From contig NC_068985.1 of assembly GCF_001194135.2 (NCBI RefSeq), positions 107,540,459 to 107,604,458 of the forward strand: 64,000 nucleotides of DNA, written 5' to 3'. This DNA comes from Octopus bimaculoides (taxonomy: Eukaryota). The notes beneath the pieces are model-generated. The model did no database searches and was not told the origin of the DNA. It saw nothing but the letters and a program-made list of their open reading frames with translations. Within the stretch, counting starts at the first letter, position 1. Each line of letters opens with the position of its first letter. Made by a program: the position numbers and the translations under genes. This document shows, piece after piece, positions 36,782-49,861 of the stretch.

Positions 36782-37757
36782 ACACACACAGATGCACATG
36801 TAGACACACAAAGTTCCATTTAAGAAAAGACAACAGCAATAACAGAAGTTGAAAACAATAAATCAAACAAATTATCCTGTCCTCCTGTCTACACCCCACC
36901 TCCTGTAGCACTAACTCTCACCCCACCATCACATTATATCACAAGGTGTCAACACTACTGTAGCAGAACCTAGTGACTTAACAATTTAGATTGTTTTCTT
37001 GGCCAAGGGGCAGCAGGGAGGGTGATTTATCTAGCAGCCACAACAAATGGTGACCATAAAGATGGCTGACATCCATTACATGTAAACATATTTTTACAGC
37101 CCTCTCTTGGATAGTGTGTACTACTTCCTCTACTTCCAATGTAATCACCAACCTTTTGACTGAATGATAATGTCAAAAGACTATAGACACTCAACAACAA
37201 CACTGCCAGGGGGTGGGGAAAGACTAGAGGAGGAGGGCAGACTGGTTAGGTGAGGACACTTGAAAGATTAGAGAAAATATATAAAAAAATAAAAAGGTTA
37301 TATTTATAACAACTTTCACATAATGATAGGCTGCCGGTTTATAATCAAGTGATTTTGTTGACATGCTGGTATCATACCTCCACTTCTACTTCAGAAACAA
37401 AGAAATATGCCAAAAATAACAATTTAAAACAAGAATTATAATTAGATCCTTCACTCAACTACCTACACAATAAACCCTGATTATTTACAAATTACTCTTT
37501 TTCTGGTTTCAGCTATTTGGACCACTAAATGTATGCACACACGTATGTGTATACATGAATGTATGTATGTTGGAGCTTGGTGTAGTCCTCTGGTTCATAT
37601 ATATATATATATACATTTATCAATATCCTTATCAGTAAACATTTATTCTTTTAAGTATCCACTTTTGGCTATGTCATCATTAATTGATTGTTGTCCCCAA
37701 TTATTCAAGATGTGTGTGTGTGTGTGTGTATAAGCACAGACATGGCTGCATAAGAAC

Positions 37758-38252
37758 TGTGAAAGGAAATCATTGAATCACTATCTATGAGTTATCAGAG
37801 GATGTGCAGATTAGTTACAGGTTAGTTCAGTCCATTATCACTGGAGATTTGGGTATGAGAAACGTGTCTGCCAAGTTTGTGCCAAAACTGCTTTCAGCTG
37901 ACCAAAAAGACACTTGAGTTTCAATTGCACAAGATCTCCTTGATTGTGTCGAGAGCGATGAAAACTGTTTGACAATTGTATGTAGGCTTCTGAGCAGGGA
38001 TCGCCGAGCTTTTGGCAAAATTTGATGCAGGCTCTCTGCTCAACTTTCTCTGTCATGGTCAATGCAACAATCACACGCTACACACCTTCCTTCCAAGCAC
38101 TGCTGTAAACAGTAGAAACAAGCAAGAATGCTAAAACTTAGTGCGCATGTACAGCAGAGTTCAAGGTCAGTCTGTGCCAAGCGGCTTCACTCTGTGTGCT
38201 TTAGCTTCATTACTATGACAACAGTCCGGATACTTATTTATCACACCCTGAA
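37758..38252. mobile_element. rearranged mariner relic (two opposite-strand pieces)
   Basis: Minus 38252-37980: TA|TTCAGGGTGTGATAAATAAGTATCCGGACTG terminus and MTEKVEQRACIKFCQKLG. Plus 37758-37980: ITIYELSEDVQIS...DLGMRNVSAKFVPKLLSADQK...ENCLTIV. Confidence 0.85.
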
Positions 38253-38439
38253 TATTCAACTTTATTTTCTATATACCTTAATATTGATGACTGAACAATA
38301 ATTGGGATATTAAAAGTGAAAGCAGAGTCTGGAAACGTTTGCGGGATTGCTGGTAAGAAACCAGCCTTACAAAGTGAACCCTTGTGTATACTTACTGAAA
38401 ATAGGAAGTTCTATTCAAAAGAATACTGACTTGCTGGTA

Positions 38440-38580
38440 GATTTGTAACAGACAGCATACTGACAGTTGTAGAGTTGTACTGGACAGAATATTAGCTCAG
38501 CTGTAGAGCGGTGATAGACAGAATATTGATTTAGTTGTACAATAGTGATAGGCAGAATACTGAGTCAGGTATAAAGTGAT
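38440..38580 (+). repeat. about 33-bp degenerate minisatellite
   Basis: (G/A)ACAGAATA(C/T)TGA..CAGTTGTA.A..GTGAT repeated about 4 times. Confidence 0.55.
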
Positions 38581-39345
38581 GTGGTGATAAAACTTTGCCT
38601 TAAAAATAGAGCTAGTTAGATTAAGGAGTTGCTTGCTAGTTTAAAATTTTCTAAGTCAACATAGAATGCTGTGTCTATAGTCAAGGCACTTAAGCCAAAA
38701 AATGAGGGAGCATCTATTTGGTCAATCAATTTGCTAGTAATAACAGCCATATTCCTTCAAATCATATTCTATCTTCTTAACTCTTTTGATATCAACCTGC
38801 CTGAAACTGCCGCTGGATCTGAAGTACAAATGTCTCATTTTCAAAACTTCTGTATCAAAATCTTCCAAACCTTAGTCACAATTTATCTTCGTAACACCAG
38901 CTTAATGATAACTAAGTTATTTTACTAAATTCTATGTGATATTTAAAATTGAGCATCTCAACAGAAATATGGTAACAAAAGGGTTAAAACAGGTATGACA
39001 CATTGGATGATGTAGTCCTTGATATACAATAAAAGATGGGATAATCAAGGCAAGAATGCTTTTGACCATAATTAAGTTTAATTAGGTCTGACCAAGGATT
39101 AAACCCCACTTCACTCAATTTACTTAGTCTCACTGTAAAACTGAGGAGAGTTTCATTAGTATTTACAAGATCCACCAATGAGCATTGTACAATTTTGTTG
39201 TTGTTTTTTTGTAATACAAGAGAAAGCTAAATGTGTGCTACAGAAATCAATTAAGTTTATTATCAGGGCATATGTGCCTTAAACCTTTTGATAATAATCT
39301 ACCTGCTACTGCACTTGGTTCTATGATGCACAATTCCTATTTTCA

Positions 39346-39560
39346 CCCGTTAGTGTTCAGTTAACTTTGTCAAGCATAATGTTTGTTTATTCACTATTTT
39401 GGAATTAATCATGCATTATCTTGTAGCTTTGGGATTTCAATGAAGTGATTATTTTTAAAATGACATTGTAGGATAAATGTGAGAGGCCAGATATGACCAG
39501 TTTGAACATAAAACAGGTAGAATATTTTGGCAGGATATGGCCAGTTTAAATGCTAAAGGG
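39346..39560. mobile_element. piggyBac-like MITE (family 2)
   Basis: CCCGTTAG...ATGCTAAAGGG|TTAA. Confidence 0.7.
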
Positions 39561-40320
39561 TTAAAGTGACCTAGATTCAAAATCTTCCAACAAAATTTCA
39601 CGTTAATTTAGGTTTCAAATGCCAACTTGATATGACAGTTATTTTACTAAATTCTTCATATTTTCAAACTTGATTAAAATAAACTGTGTATTTCGAAAGA
39701 AATATGTTGATGAAAAGGTTAAGCTCTTTGGTGGATAGTTGATGTTTACAGCAGCTCATTAGTAAGGATAAAAATTTTGAAAGCTACTCTGAAATATAGA
39801 TCTAAAAGTAGGATAACTAGAAAATATTATGAGCTGACTGACATTGTTACAACAATAAGATCCTTAGAAAAAAAAAACCTTTGATGTCAAAAGAACTTAG
39901 TGATGTCTTAGTAAAATGGCTGGGCAGAAAGAAAGAAACTATGATAATTACAATTGCATTTTTGTTAGTAAACAAGGTGAATGAAAGTACTAAGTTGAAC
40001 AGTCACCATCATTATTAATATAACAATACTAATTATCTCATTTGCCTTACATATGTCATTGTCACCAAAAAATAATTCATTTTTTAATCCATTTCTTTCT
40101 GGATTCTGAATTATATTCTTGTGAGAAATTATTGCAAGCAATATCTTAAGTAAGCACAACAATGCATGAGGAATAGTAGTTTCTTTTGGCAGAATACAGA
40201 GCTAATATTTTGGAGATGACACATCTGATTAGGTTTACTATTCAGTAACTTACAACACCTGTATTTTCTGAACTTATGTATAATATTTCAATAGAGCCTT
40301 TATGATACTTTTAAGCACAG

Positions 40321-40716
40321 ACTCTTTTACTCTTTTACTTGTTTCAGTCTTTTGACTGTGGCCATGCTGGAGCACCGCCTTTAGTCGAGCAAATTGACCC
40401 CAGGACTTATTCTTTAGAAGCCTAGTACTTATTCTATCGGTCTGTTTTGCCGAACCGCTAAGTTACGGGGACATAAACACACCAGCATCGGTTGTCAAGC
40501 GATGTTGGGGGTACAAACACAGACACACATACATATATATATACATATATACGACGGACTTCTTTCAGTTTCCGTCTACCAAATCCACTCACAAGGCTTT
40601 GGTCGGCCCGAGGCTATATTAGAAGACACTTGCCCAAGATGCTACGAAGTGGGACTGAATCCGGGACCATGTGGTTGGTAAGCAAGCTACTTACCACACA
40701 GCCACTCCTATGCCTA
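40321..40716 (-). mobile_element. SINE family A
   Basis: Full-length reverse-complement copy. Confidence 0.9.
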
Positions 40717-41314
40717 TATTTTTTTTAGTTTTAATTCTTTCCATCCAAATTATATAACAAACTAAGATCCATGTTTAGATATTCTTCTTATTTGCTAATC
40801 TGTCCACCCTAATTCTGTTGAAATTTAAAACACAAATTTCTACCTGCTTTTCAAAGACTCAGATAAAACACACTTATGGTGTGTTATAAAAATATCAAGG
40901 TGAGCTGTGGAGTTTCAAAATCATAATTTAAAGATTTTAAAAGATCCATACTACTGCACAACATGCTGTTCATAATTTTGCTAGAAGTGTTTTGAGTGAA
41001 AGCATACAATCTAGTGGTTGTGGGTTCAATTCCTGGACTAGGTGGTGCAGTAAGTCCTTGAGCAAGGCCCTTCATTTCATGTTTTTCCTGTCTATTCAGT
41101 TGCAAATGAGTACCATCTGAACACTGGTGCAGCTCCCCTCTCTCCCTCCAGCTGTCACATTCTGGAAATGTTGCTGGGTCAAAGGGTGGCAGGGTTGAGA
41201 GGGTCTCTATGTCTATTTATGACTACCTAGATACCTAAAGTTATTAGCGAAAGCATGGAACATACCACCAAGCCAACTCATTTGTGGGTGATGGCTGACA
41301 CTAACTAAAAGAAA

Positions 41315-41864
41315 TTGTTGTTGTTGTTGGCACTCCGTCGCTTACGATGTCGAGGGTTCCAGTTGATCCGATCAATGGAACAGCCTGCTCGTGAAATTAA
41401 CATGCAAGTAGCTGAGCAATCCACAGACACGTGTACCCTTAACGTAGTTCTCGGGGATATTCAGCGTGACACAGTGTGACAAGGCTGGCTCTTTTGAATT
41501 ACAGGCACAACAGAAACAGGAAGTAAGAGTGAGAGAAAGTTGTGGTGAAAGAGTACAGCAGGGTTCGCCNNNNNNNNNNTCGTGAAATTAACATGCAAGT
41601 AGCTGAGCAATCCACAGACACGTGTACCCTTAACGTAGTTCTCGGGGATATTCAGCGTGACACAGTGTGACAAGGCTGGCTCTTTTGAATTACAGGCACA
41701 ACAGAAACAGGAAGTAAGAGTGAGAGAAAGTTGTGGTGAAAGAGTACAGCAGGGTTCGCCACCATCCCTTGCCGGAGCCTCGTGGAGCTTTAGGTGTTTT
41801 CGCTCAATAAACACTCACAACACCTGGTCTGAGAATCAAAACCACTGGGCCATTGCACCTCCAC
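41315..41864 (-). mobile_element. tRNA-derived SINE family C with (CAA)n tail, spanning a 10-N gap
   Basis: Reverse complement of 57507-57882; 181 bp appear twice across the gap. Confidence 0.85.
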
Positions 41865-42344
41865 AACTAAAAGAAATATTATAAATAAACAAGACAATAC
41901 TTTTCTACACATTTTACCTCTAAAACTTTGACTTCAAAAACAATTCTTTAAATTTCCACATGAAGTGCGCTGGTCATTGTTTGTTTGATCTTGAGTGTGC
42001 CATGAAAATAGATTATGAACTACTCGCTTATATTGTAACTCTAATGGAATATATAAAAGCTTGATTCAATAGGTCTCAGCTGATCTTTATTAGTGGTGAC
42101 TAATGGAACAAAGACAGGGTTTACAATGTGTCAACGTGAGTCAGTAAAACATTGAGTTCACTTGGTCATAATAACATAATTATGATAACTTACTACTTGG
42201 TCTGGCTTCAACAACAGCTCAGCTTAATTGATTAAGAATCACACTTTAGTAATAGAGGATATTAAGACAAAGATACATTCAGAAAACATGTAAGCTGTTG
42301 ATGGTTGTGAAACACAACTGCCTACCAAAAGGATAGATAGAGAA

Positions 42345-42725
42345 ACAAATAGACATGGTTAAGAAGCTTACTTTTCATTCACATGGTTTTGGGTTCAGTC
42401 CCATTGTGCAAGTGTCTTCTACTATAACCCCAGGTTGACTAATGCCTTATGAATGAATTTGGTAGATGGAAACTGAGTAGAAGCCTGTTGTTTGTGTGTA
42501 TGTATTAATGCAGGTGTCTTTCTGTCTGTGTTTGTCCGCCCACTGCTAGATAGCTAGGGTTGGTTTGTTTACATCCCGATAAGTTAGTGGTGATTTGGTA
42601 GAAGAGAACGACAGCATAAATAGCAGACTTTAAAAAAAAAATACTGGGGTTAATTTGTTTGTCTAAAACCCTTCAAGGCAGTGCTTCAACATGGCCATGG
42701 CCCAATGGCTAAAACAAGTAAAAGG
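42345..42725 (+). mobile_element. diverged SINE family A
   Basis: GGGTTCAGTCCCA..GCAAGTGTCTTCTACTATA...CAAGGCAGTGCTTCAACATGGCC. Confidence 0.7.
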
Positions 42726-44407
42726 CGAAAGAGAAATAAATATCGCTTTTCTTTCCAACACAAATTTTATCAAATGCTTTTTAAATTTATCCTTTTTTTT
42801 TTTATTTATACTAATGCAAACAATCATTAATTCCTTTGAACATTTGATATTTTCCCTCCATATTACACACACAGAGAGACACACACATGCAAAGAACAAT
42901 TCTGATGTAAGTGTTAGTGATCACACTGATGAAATTAGATTCAAGGAGAAAGTTACCATTAATAGGAAGGGCATGTAATTATCCCATCAGAAGTCAAAAA
43001 ACAGAATTTCCTCTTCTTATCCGGGAGTTAAGAGTTCATATCAATATATTAATATATCCAAAAATAACAAATAAAATGATAGAAACAAATACAGCCATTC
43101 AATAAATAAAAAAAAATAAAATAAAAGTGGTTAGCACTGTATTCATTTGATCCCATTTTGGAGCTTTCCTGTTGAGAATTTGACAATTGAAATTGAAAGC
43201 AATGTCATTCACTAAAATATGTAGAAGATATTTCAAAATGTCTATACATTCTAACATAAAAAAAAAAATATCTAAGATATTGGTGTTACGAATGTAGAAC
43301 AAAGAAAGACTAAGACTCCGTCTTCAGTAACATCAATGTTTTGTGCTTTGCTTTTGCTGACAACCTAATAATGGCCAGCTAATGACAAACACTTTTCTCT
43401 TGCTTTGTAGTTGAGCTTGTCTTTTACCAGTTTTCAAAAGTTAGTATTGCTCTGTGTGTGTATATATCAACACTTTACAAGGACAACACAAAAACCTGTT
43501 GAATTTGTCAATGTCATAGATAGACCAAGGAGAGAATTTTAACCATTCATTCTTGAAATCTATCACTAAAAACTAAATTCTTTAACAAGTATCTGGTTTA
43601 TAATAGTGTTGAAATTATCTGACTTGGCCTGAGGTTTCAGCGATATTATTCAGCAGAAACAGTAAAGATTCATAGCTCATATTCATTTGTTGTTTCTGTC
43701 ATTTGAAATATTTTCATATTTGAAGGAGTCAGACATCTTTTTTTTATAGATAATATCGTCATGGTTGCTATCAACAAAGTTGTTCTTGGAGACACTTAGA
43801 GAAGTTGTGTGGGTTATGGATATATCACTTTTACTATTAACTCGTTTCTTCTTTAAAACATTTAGTGTTGAATGTTTTTTTTTCTTTTCTTAAATATGCA
43901 CATTCAGTATTATCTCTTGCAGTTCTGTTTTTTTTCTTCTTTTGGTGGTGGTGGTGGTGGTGATGGCACTGGTGTAAAAGCTACATTTTGACTGGCATGA
44001 AAAGTCATAGCATGTTTTTCTTCGCAATTAAGAGTCTATTTGCTTGTCACATTCTGTACATCTTATGTTATGATAAGATGGTTTGCATGTTTTTCCCAGG
44101 GTGAGATTTAGCATACAGAACTTTAATTTAGTGTCTGACAAAAATACAACCGGCACTGGTAGGAGCAGCCCATATATCACTGATTGATGATTCAATAAAC
44201 AGATTTGATAATGAGTATGTTTGGCTCCATTTTCTCTGATGTCATACAAATATTATTACAAAGTACAGAAAGAATGAAAATCTTTGGGATTTTATATAAT
44301 AACTGAAAATGAGACTAGACTGAAGTGCAATAAAGAGACCAACTCAGAGAAAAAGAGGGATAAGTTAATTTCTTTACTAAAAAAAACCCCAAAAAAAAAA
44401 CCCCATT

Positions 44408-44745
44408 TATTATCAAGAAGTTCTTGCAACCACATGGTTTCAGGTTCAGTCCCACTGCATGGCACTTTGGGCAAGTGTCGTCTACCATAGTCATGGATCA
44501 ACCAATGTTTTGCGAGTTGAATTTGGGAGGTATAAACTCTCTGTGTGTGTGTGTGTGTGTACCATTACCACCACCACCTGACAACTGGTCTTGGTTTGTT
44601 TACACCCACATAACTTAGCAGTTCAGCAAAAGGCACTATTAGAATAAGTATCAGACTTAAAAACGTGCACTGGGGTCAATTTATTTGACTAAACACTTCA
44701 AGGTGGTGTCCAGCATGCCACAATAATGGAAGCAAGTAGAAAATA
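44408..44745 (+). mobile_element. diverged SINE family A
   Basis: GCAACCACATGG..GGTTCAGTCCCACTGCATGGCAC.TTGGGCAAGTGTC... Confidence 0.7.
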
Positions 44746-46129
44746 GAAGATTATTGAGCATTTTATTTAACAATTAACTGACAATTGATTTGCCAATCAT
44801 GGTTCATTCGATAATCTTTTTTAGCTTCTGTGTCTGATTTTTCTTCTTGCTTTGCCCAAATTTTCCCTCTAATTTTGAACTAATTTGTGAGGACTGTTGC
44901 ATGCTGCCCCACCAGCTTCATATACCCATGGTGCTACTAACATGGCTTATTTACATTAAACAAAGCAAGTAAGACATTTAGAACAAGAACCCATTTTATT
45001 CTAGGTGTTTAATGTTATTAATGCAAGCCATCTAAATACCACTGTTCTCCTGATATTTCAAAGTCTTTCATGTGACATTAAGAAGGTTATTGATATAGTT
45101 TACATTATACAATAAACATTTTGACACTAAACTTTATCTATTTTATAAAAGAAAAAAAAAAGAAAAAAAAGAAGAAAAATCTTAACTGAAATCAATCAAG
45201 GAATTTTTGAGAGCAAAATACAAAATAAACAAATAAACTCTTACAAACAATATTTTAAAAAACTTGTGTTAATTTTTCTAGTTATATTTTCATGATTTTT
45301 TTTCTTTTAAAAAAGCAAACTAAATAAATGGTCAAAGAAGGTGTTACCTTTTTAAATAAGGTAAGCATTTGTTCACAAAGCTAATCCCTATTTGAGAACC
45401 AAATAAGGTTTAGCTAAATAACTAAATACCACTAGCTTAGCTCTCTGTACATACTGGAAATAGTGGGCAGTGAATTATGTATTACTGTAAGCCTATGGAG
45501 AAAGTGTGGGTGGGGTTAGTAGAAACTGTGTTCATTTGTGTGTTCCAGACATGAATATGCTAGCTGTTGCAAGATATATGTCAACCTTTTTATAGTACTG
45601 CAAGAGCCCATACACTTTGGCTATTAAATGAAGCCAAATAATTAAAAGAGTGCTGTTCTACATTGTATTGAATGGAATATTACTAAAAGAGGTTTGTTAT
45701 TTATAACCAATAAATGCTATAATGCATTTCCACAGCCACAGACATTGAAATTAATACAAGCAGAAGAAATTGCGTATTAACAATGAATTACTTCAGAAAG
45801 ATTTTGGCCAGTTACAGTCCAAATCATGTCTTACTTTTAAAAGCACTCTATGACATGTAAATATTAGAGAAATTGTTCAAATACCCTAAAAATAACTTTT
45901 CTATTTTTTCATAATTACTGCATGTAAAATACATACATGTAACATTCTTGTTTAAAAATAATAAATTTGTGCTTTACAAAACTATAGAGTAATCTACCAG
46001 ATCAATCTAACATTGTTTTTATTATGACAGTATAAAAACAAACATTAATATATATAATATGTATAAAGTTGAATTCTTCTTCTTATAACAGCTCATGAAC
46101 ACAAAATCCATTGAAATCAATAAAAAAAA

Positions 46130-46260
46130 ATGACACTTCCAAGTTTAGTCCAACTGTGTGACACCTTGGCCAAGTGTCTTCTACTACAGCCTTGGGCCAA
46201 CCAAAACCTTGATGGTGGATTTAGTAGATGGAAGCTGAAAGAACCTGTTAATATATATAC

Positions 46261-46294
<34 letters not shown>

Positions 46295-46490
46295 ATGCGT
46301 GTGTGTCCAACTTGACAATCAGTGTTGGTTTGTTTATGTAACTTAGTATTCAGCAAAAAAAAAACAGAATAAATACCAGGTTTAAAACAAAAAAGTACTG
46401 AGGTCAATTCTTTCATCAACTAAAGTTCTTCAAGGTGGTGTGCCAGCATGGCCACAGTCCAAAGACTGAAACAAGTAAAAGACAAAAGAT
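46130..46490 (+). mobile_element. diverged SINE family A
   Basis: GACACCTTGGCCAAGTGTCTTCTACTACAGCC...GACTGAAACAAGTAAAAGA. Confidence 0.7.
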
Positions 46491-46977
46491 TTACATGAAG
46501 GGGGTCACACGGCATTGGAAATGATCTTATGAATCAAAGCTGCTTATGGTGTACAATGATGAAATATGTGCTGGTAGTACCAGGGCAGATGACCTCATTT
46601 TCTAAGTTCTTTGTTTTCACTGATAGAGTAGTCTGAAACCAACTATTGTTGCTGAAACTCATGCTTGATGTGTCAGCAAATGACTTCTTATCAGTTGATT
46701 GATGGCCAAAAGATGACAAACTTCCCAGTATGCTGCAGTGGTGTGGAAGAGGTACCTTCATTTGGATATCACAAAGCAGTTCTTCAACATGATGTAGGTT
46801 GAATGCAAATGCAGGTCTTTCAGTCATGCAGTTATTCATGTTATTGTAGGCTCTTCAAGAGAAATGTGATGTTCTGAATCACAATTCAGAATGGCAATCA
46901 GCTGAAAGTGTTACCTATGGAGGTATGTCTTAATCTACCACTGTTTATGCAATACACAAAGTATTGTTGATTTACAG

Positions 46978-48946
46978 CAGTGCTTCTCAACCTTTTTACT
47001 CTTGTGTAACCCTTAGAATAAATTATATGTCTCAAGGAATCCCTGCACAAAAAAATTATATACCATATCTTTCGCATACTTTTTTCTTCGTAGTTCACGT
47101 GGTAAATGTCATCTTTATATATATATATATATATACTTGGCTTTTGTGGACTTGGAGAAAGCCTTTGACAGAGTCCTCCGATCCATTATCTGGTGGGCGA
47201 TGTGGAAACTAGGGATTGACGAATGGTTAATAAGGGCTGTACAGGCCCTGTACAGAGATGCCGTTAGTAAGGTTAGGGTTGGCAATGAGTATAGTGAAGA
47301 ATTCTGGGTAGAAGTAGGGGTCCACCAAGGATCAGCCCTCAGCCCCCTCTTATTCATCATAGTTCTCCAGGCAATAACAGAGGAATTCAAGACAGGTTGC
47401 CCCTGGGAGCTCCTCTATGCTGATGATCTGATTCTCATAGCAGAATCACTAGCAGAAATAGAGAAGAAATTTCAGGTGTGGAAGCAAGGTTTAGAATTGA
47501 AGGGCCTTAGAGTCAATGTCGCAAAAACCAAAGTCCTAGTAAGTAGGAAGGCGAACACATCACAAACCCCTTCAGGTAGATTGCCCTGTTCAATCTGTAG
47601 AAAAGGTGTAGGTAGAAACTCCATAAGATGTACCCAGTGTAGGCTATGGACACATAAGAGGTGCAGCAACATCAAAGGACGGTTAACCAGGAAGATAGCT
47701 TTCGCATGCGGCAGATGCACAGGGGCAATAAACACTACAGATTCCATCACATGCCAGGGGGAGAAACTAGGAGTAGTTGATAGCTTCCACTACCTAGGTG
47801 ACCAAGTCTGTAGTGGGATGGATACTCAGAGAGTGTTACCACTAGAATAAGAATAGCCTGGGCAAAGTTTAGAAAGCTCCTACCTCTACTGGTGACAAAG
47901 GGCCTCTTGCTCAGAGTAAAAGGTAGGTTGTACGATGCATGTGTGTGAACCGCCATGCTTCATGGCAGTGAAACATGGGCCGTGACTGCTGAAGACATGC
48001 GTAGGCTCAAAAGCAATGAAGCTAGCATGATCTGTAATGTCAGTGTGCACACAAGACAAAGTGTAAGTGGCCTGAGAGAAATGCTGGACATAAGAAGCAC
48101 CAGATGTGGCATGCAAGAGAGACGACTGCGCTGGTATGGTCATGTACTATGGATGGATGAGGAGAGCAGTGTGAAAAAGTGTCACTCCCAAACAGTGGAA
48201 GGAACCCGTGGTAGAGGGAGACCCAGGAAGACATGGGATGAGGTGGTGAAGCATGACCTTCGAACGTTGGGCCTCACAGAGGCAATGACAAAAGACCGAG
48301 ACCTCTGGAGATATGCTGTGACTGAGAAGACCCGGCAAATAAAGTGAGTTCACAGCTGTAACCTACACCAGTGTCGCATAATCAGTCCACTTAAAAAGTA
48401 CCTTTGGATTGTTGGGTGATATGCCATGCTTGAGGAGACCTGTTGAGCCAAGAACATCAAAATTAAATCATGCCACAATCAAATGGAAATTGTAATTGCG
48501 GCTGATGCCAGTGCCGCCCGACTGGCTTCCATGCTGGTGGCATGCAATAAGCACCATTCATGCGTCAGTTGTTGCCAGTGCCACCTGACTGGCTCCCCAT
48601 GCCAGTGGCACGTAAAGAGCACCGTCCAAACATGCTTGATGCCAGCCCCCTCGCCCTGACTGGCTCCTGTGTCGGTGGCATGTAAAAAGCATTCACTACA
48701 CTCTCGGAGTGGTTGGCGTTAGGAAGGGCATCCAGCTGTAGAAACACTGCTAGATCAGATTGGAACCTGGTGCGGCCTCCTGGCTTGCCAGACTCCAGTC
48801 AAACCGTCCAACACATGTCAGCATGGAAAATGGACGTTAAACGATGATGATGATATATTATGATAATGAAATTAGCATTAGCTTATCTCACTCGTTCTCG
48901 TGGAACCCCTAGGAACCTTTTGCGGAACCCCAGTTGAGAAACGCTG
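46978..48946. mobile_element. hAT (Charlie-type) non-autonomous element hosting the RTE insertion
   Basis: TIR CAGTGCTTCTCAAC / GTTGAGAAACGCTG (12/14) and an 8-bp TSD ATTTACAG at 46970-46977 and 48947-48954. Confidence 0.85.
47137..48853 (+). mobile_element. 5'-truncated RTE-clade LINE: RT with inserted PHD finger, plus 3' UTR
   Basis: AFVDLEKAFDRV, GVHQGSALSPLLF, LLYADDL, FHYLG, AMLHGSETW, RLRWYGHV, RGRGRPRKTW. One frameshift near 47815-47850 and a TGA near 47946; ends in a (TGA)n tail. Confidence 0.95.
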
Positions 48947-49728
48947 ATTTACAGAGTAAATGCGTAAAACATACTAACAACTTTTAACCAGAAAGTGACT
49001 ATAGTGCACTATGGCTAAGAGAACAGTATTGAAAAGGGATACATTGTTAGTTACAGTTAAGATTCATTGAAATTGAATTGCTTTTGAGTTGTGGCTAGAA
49101 GGAGGGAAATGAAAGAGAATATGTATGGCACCTTTTGTGTATGTGCAAAGAGGCACAACACTGATAGACAGTTATGCTAAAAGTGAAAGAACCTGATTTA
49201 TTTCTATGTACGGGTTGAACACAATAATGACAATAAATTTTGTGGAAAATCTAGCACAGTAAAAGTAATATAACCAGCTTGGTGTATGTTTTAGAAGTGC
49301 ATTAGTGATGACAGGGAGAAAAACGTCAAGGCCGATGGAAGTGTAAGTCAAATGACATAGGGCTAAATATTAAAAGATACAACATTCAGAAAACTAATTT
49401 TTGTAAGGTTACTTAGTATTAGCCCAAAAGGGGATAATGAGAACCAGTATAGTGCCAGTTTAATAACATTTAGTTGAAAAGTGAGAGCTCATTCTTACTC
49501 TTTACCACCCTCTTTTAACATGCCAGTTTATAAAAGAAATTTGATACCAATTCCAAACCAGTAGATGTACCGAACCATTTATAATTAAGTTTATTGACCT
49601 AGTATGCAAAAAAATACTGGCATGGTAGTCGAATACATTTATCACTGTAATCAGTTCACCTCTATACTGATCAGGCAGTAGATTTATGAGGTCGTATCAA
49701 ACTTCATATCCCTAACTTTAACACTGAA

Positions 49729-49861
49729 CGAGGAGTGGCTGTGTGGTAAGTAGCTTGCTTACCAACCACATGGTTCCGGATTCAGTCCCACTGCGTGGCA
49801 CCTTGGGCAAGTGTCCTCTACTATAGCCTCAGGCCGACCAAACCCTTGTGAGTGGATTTGT
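49729..49861 (+). mobile_element. SINE family A, 5' part only
   Basis: Intact head with A/B boxes that stops before the microsatellite. Confidence 0.85.

Noticed and set aside
41389-41760. 181-bp exact tandem duplication inside SINE family C
   Set aside because: The identical copies straddle a 10-N gap, so this is most likely an unmerged contig overlap.
43300-44250. Protein-like minus-strand stretches (PSPPPPPPK, HHHHHHH, VLKKKRVNSKSD)
   Set aside because: All three frames are repeatedly stopped, there are no consistent splice sites, and the poly-Pro/His comes from a (CCA)n microsatellite.
47137-48347. Functional reverse transcriptase gene
   Set aside because: It is 5'-truncated (no endonuclease), with a frameshift and an internal stop.
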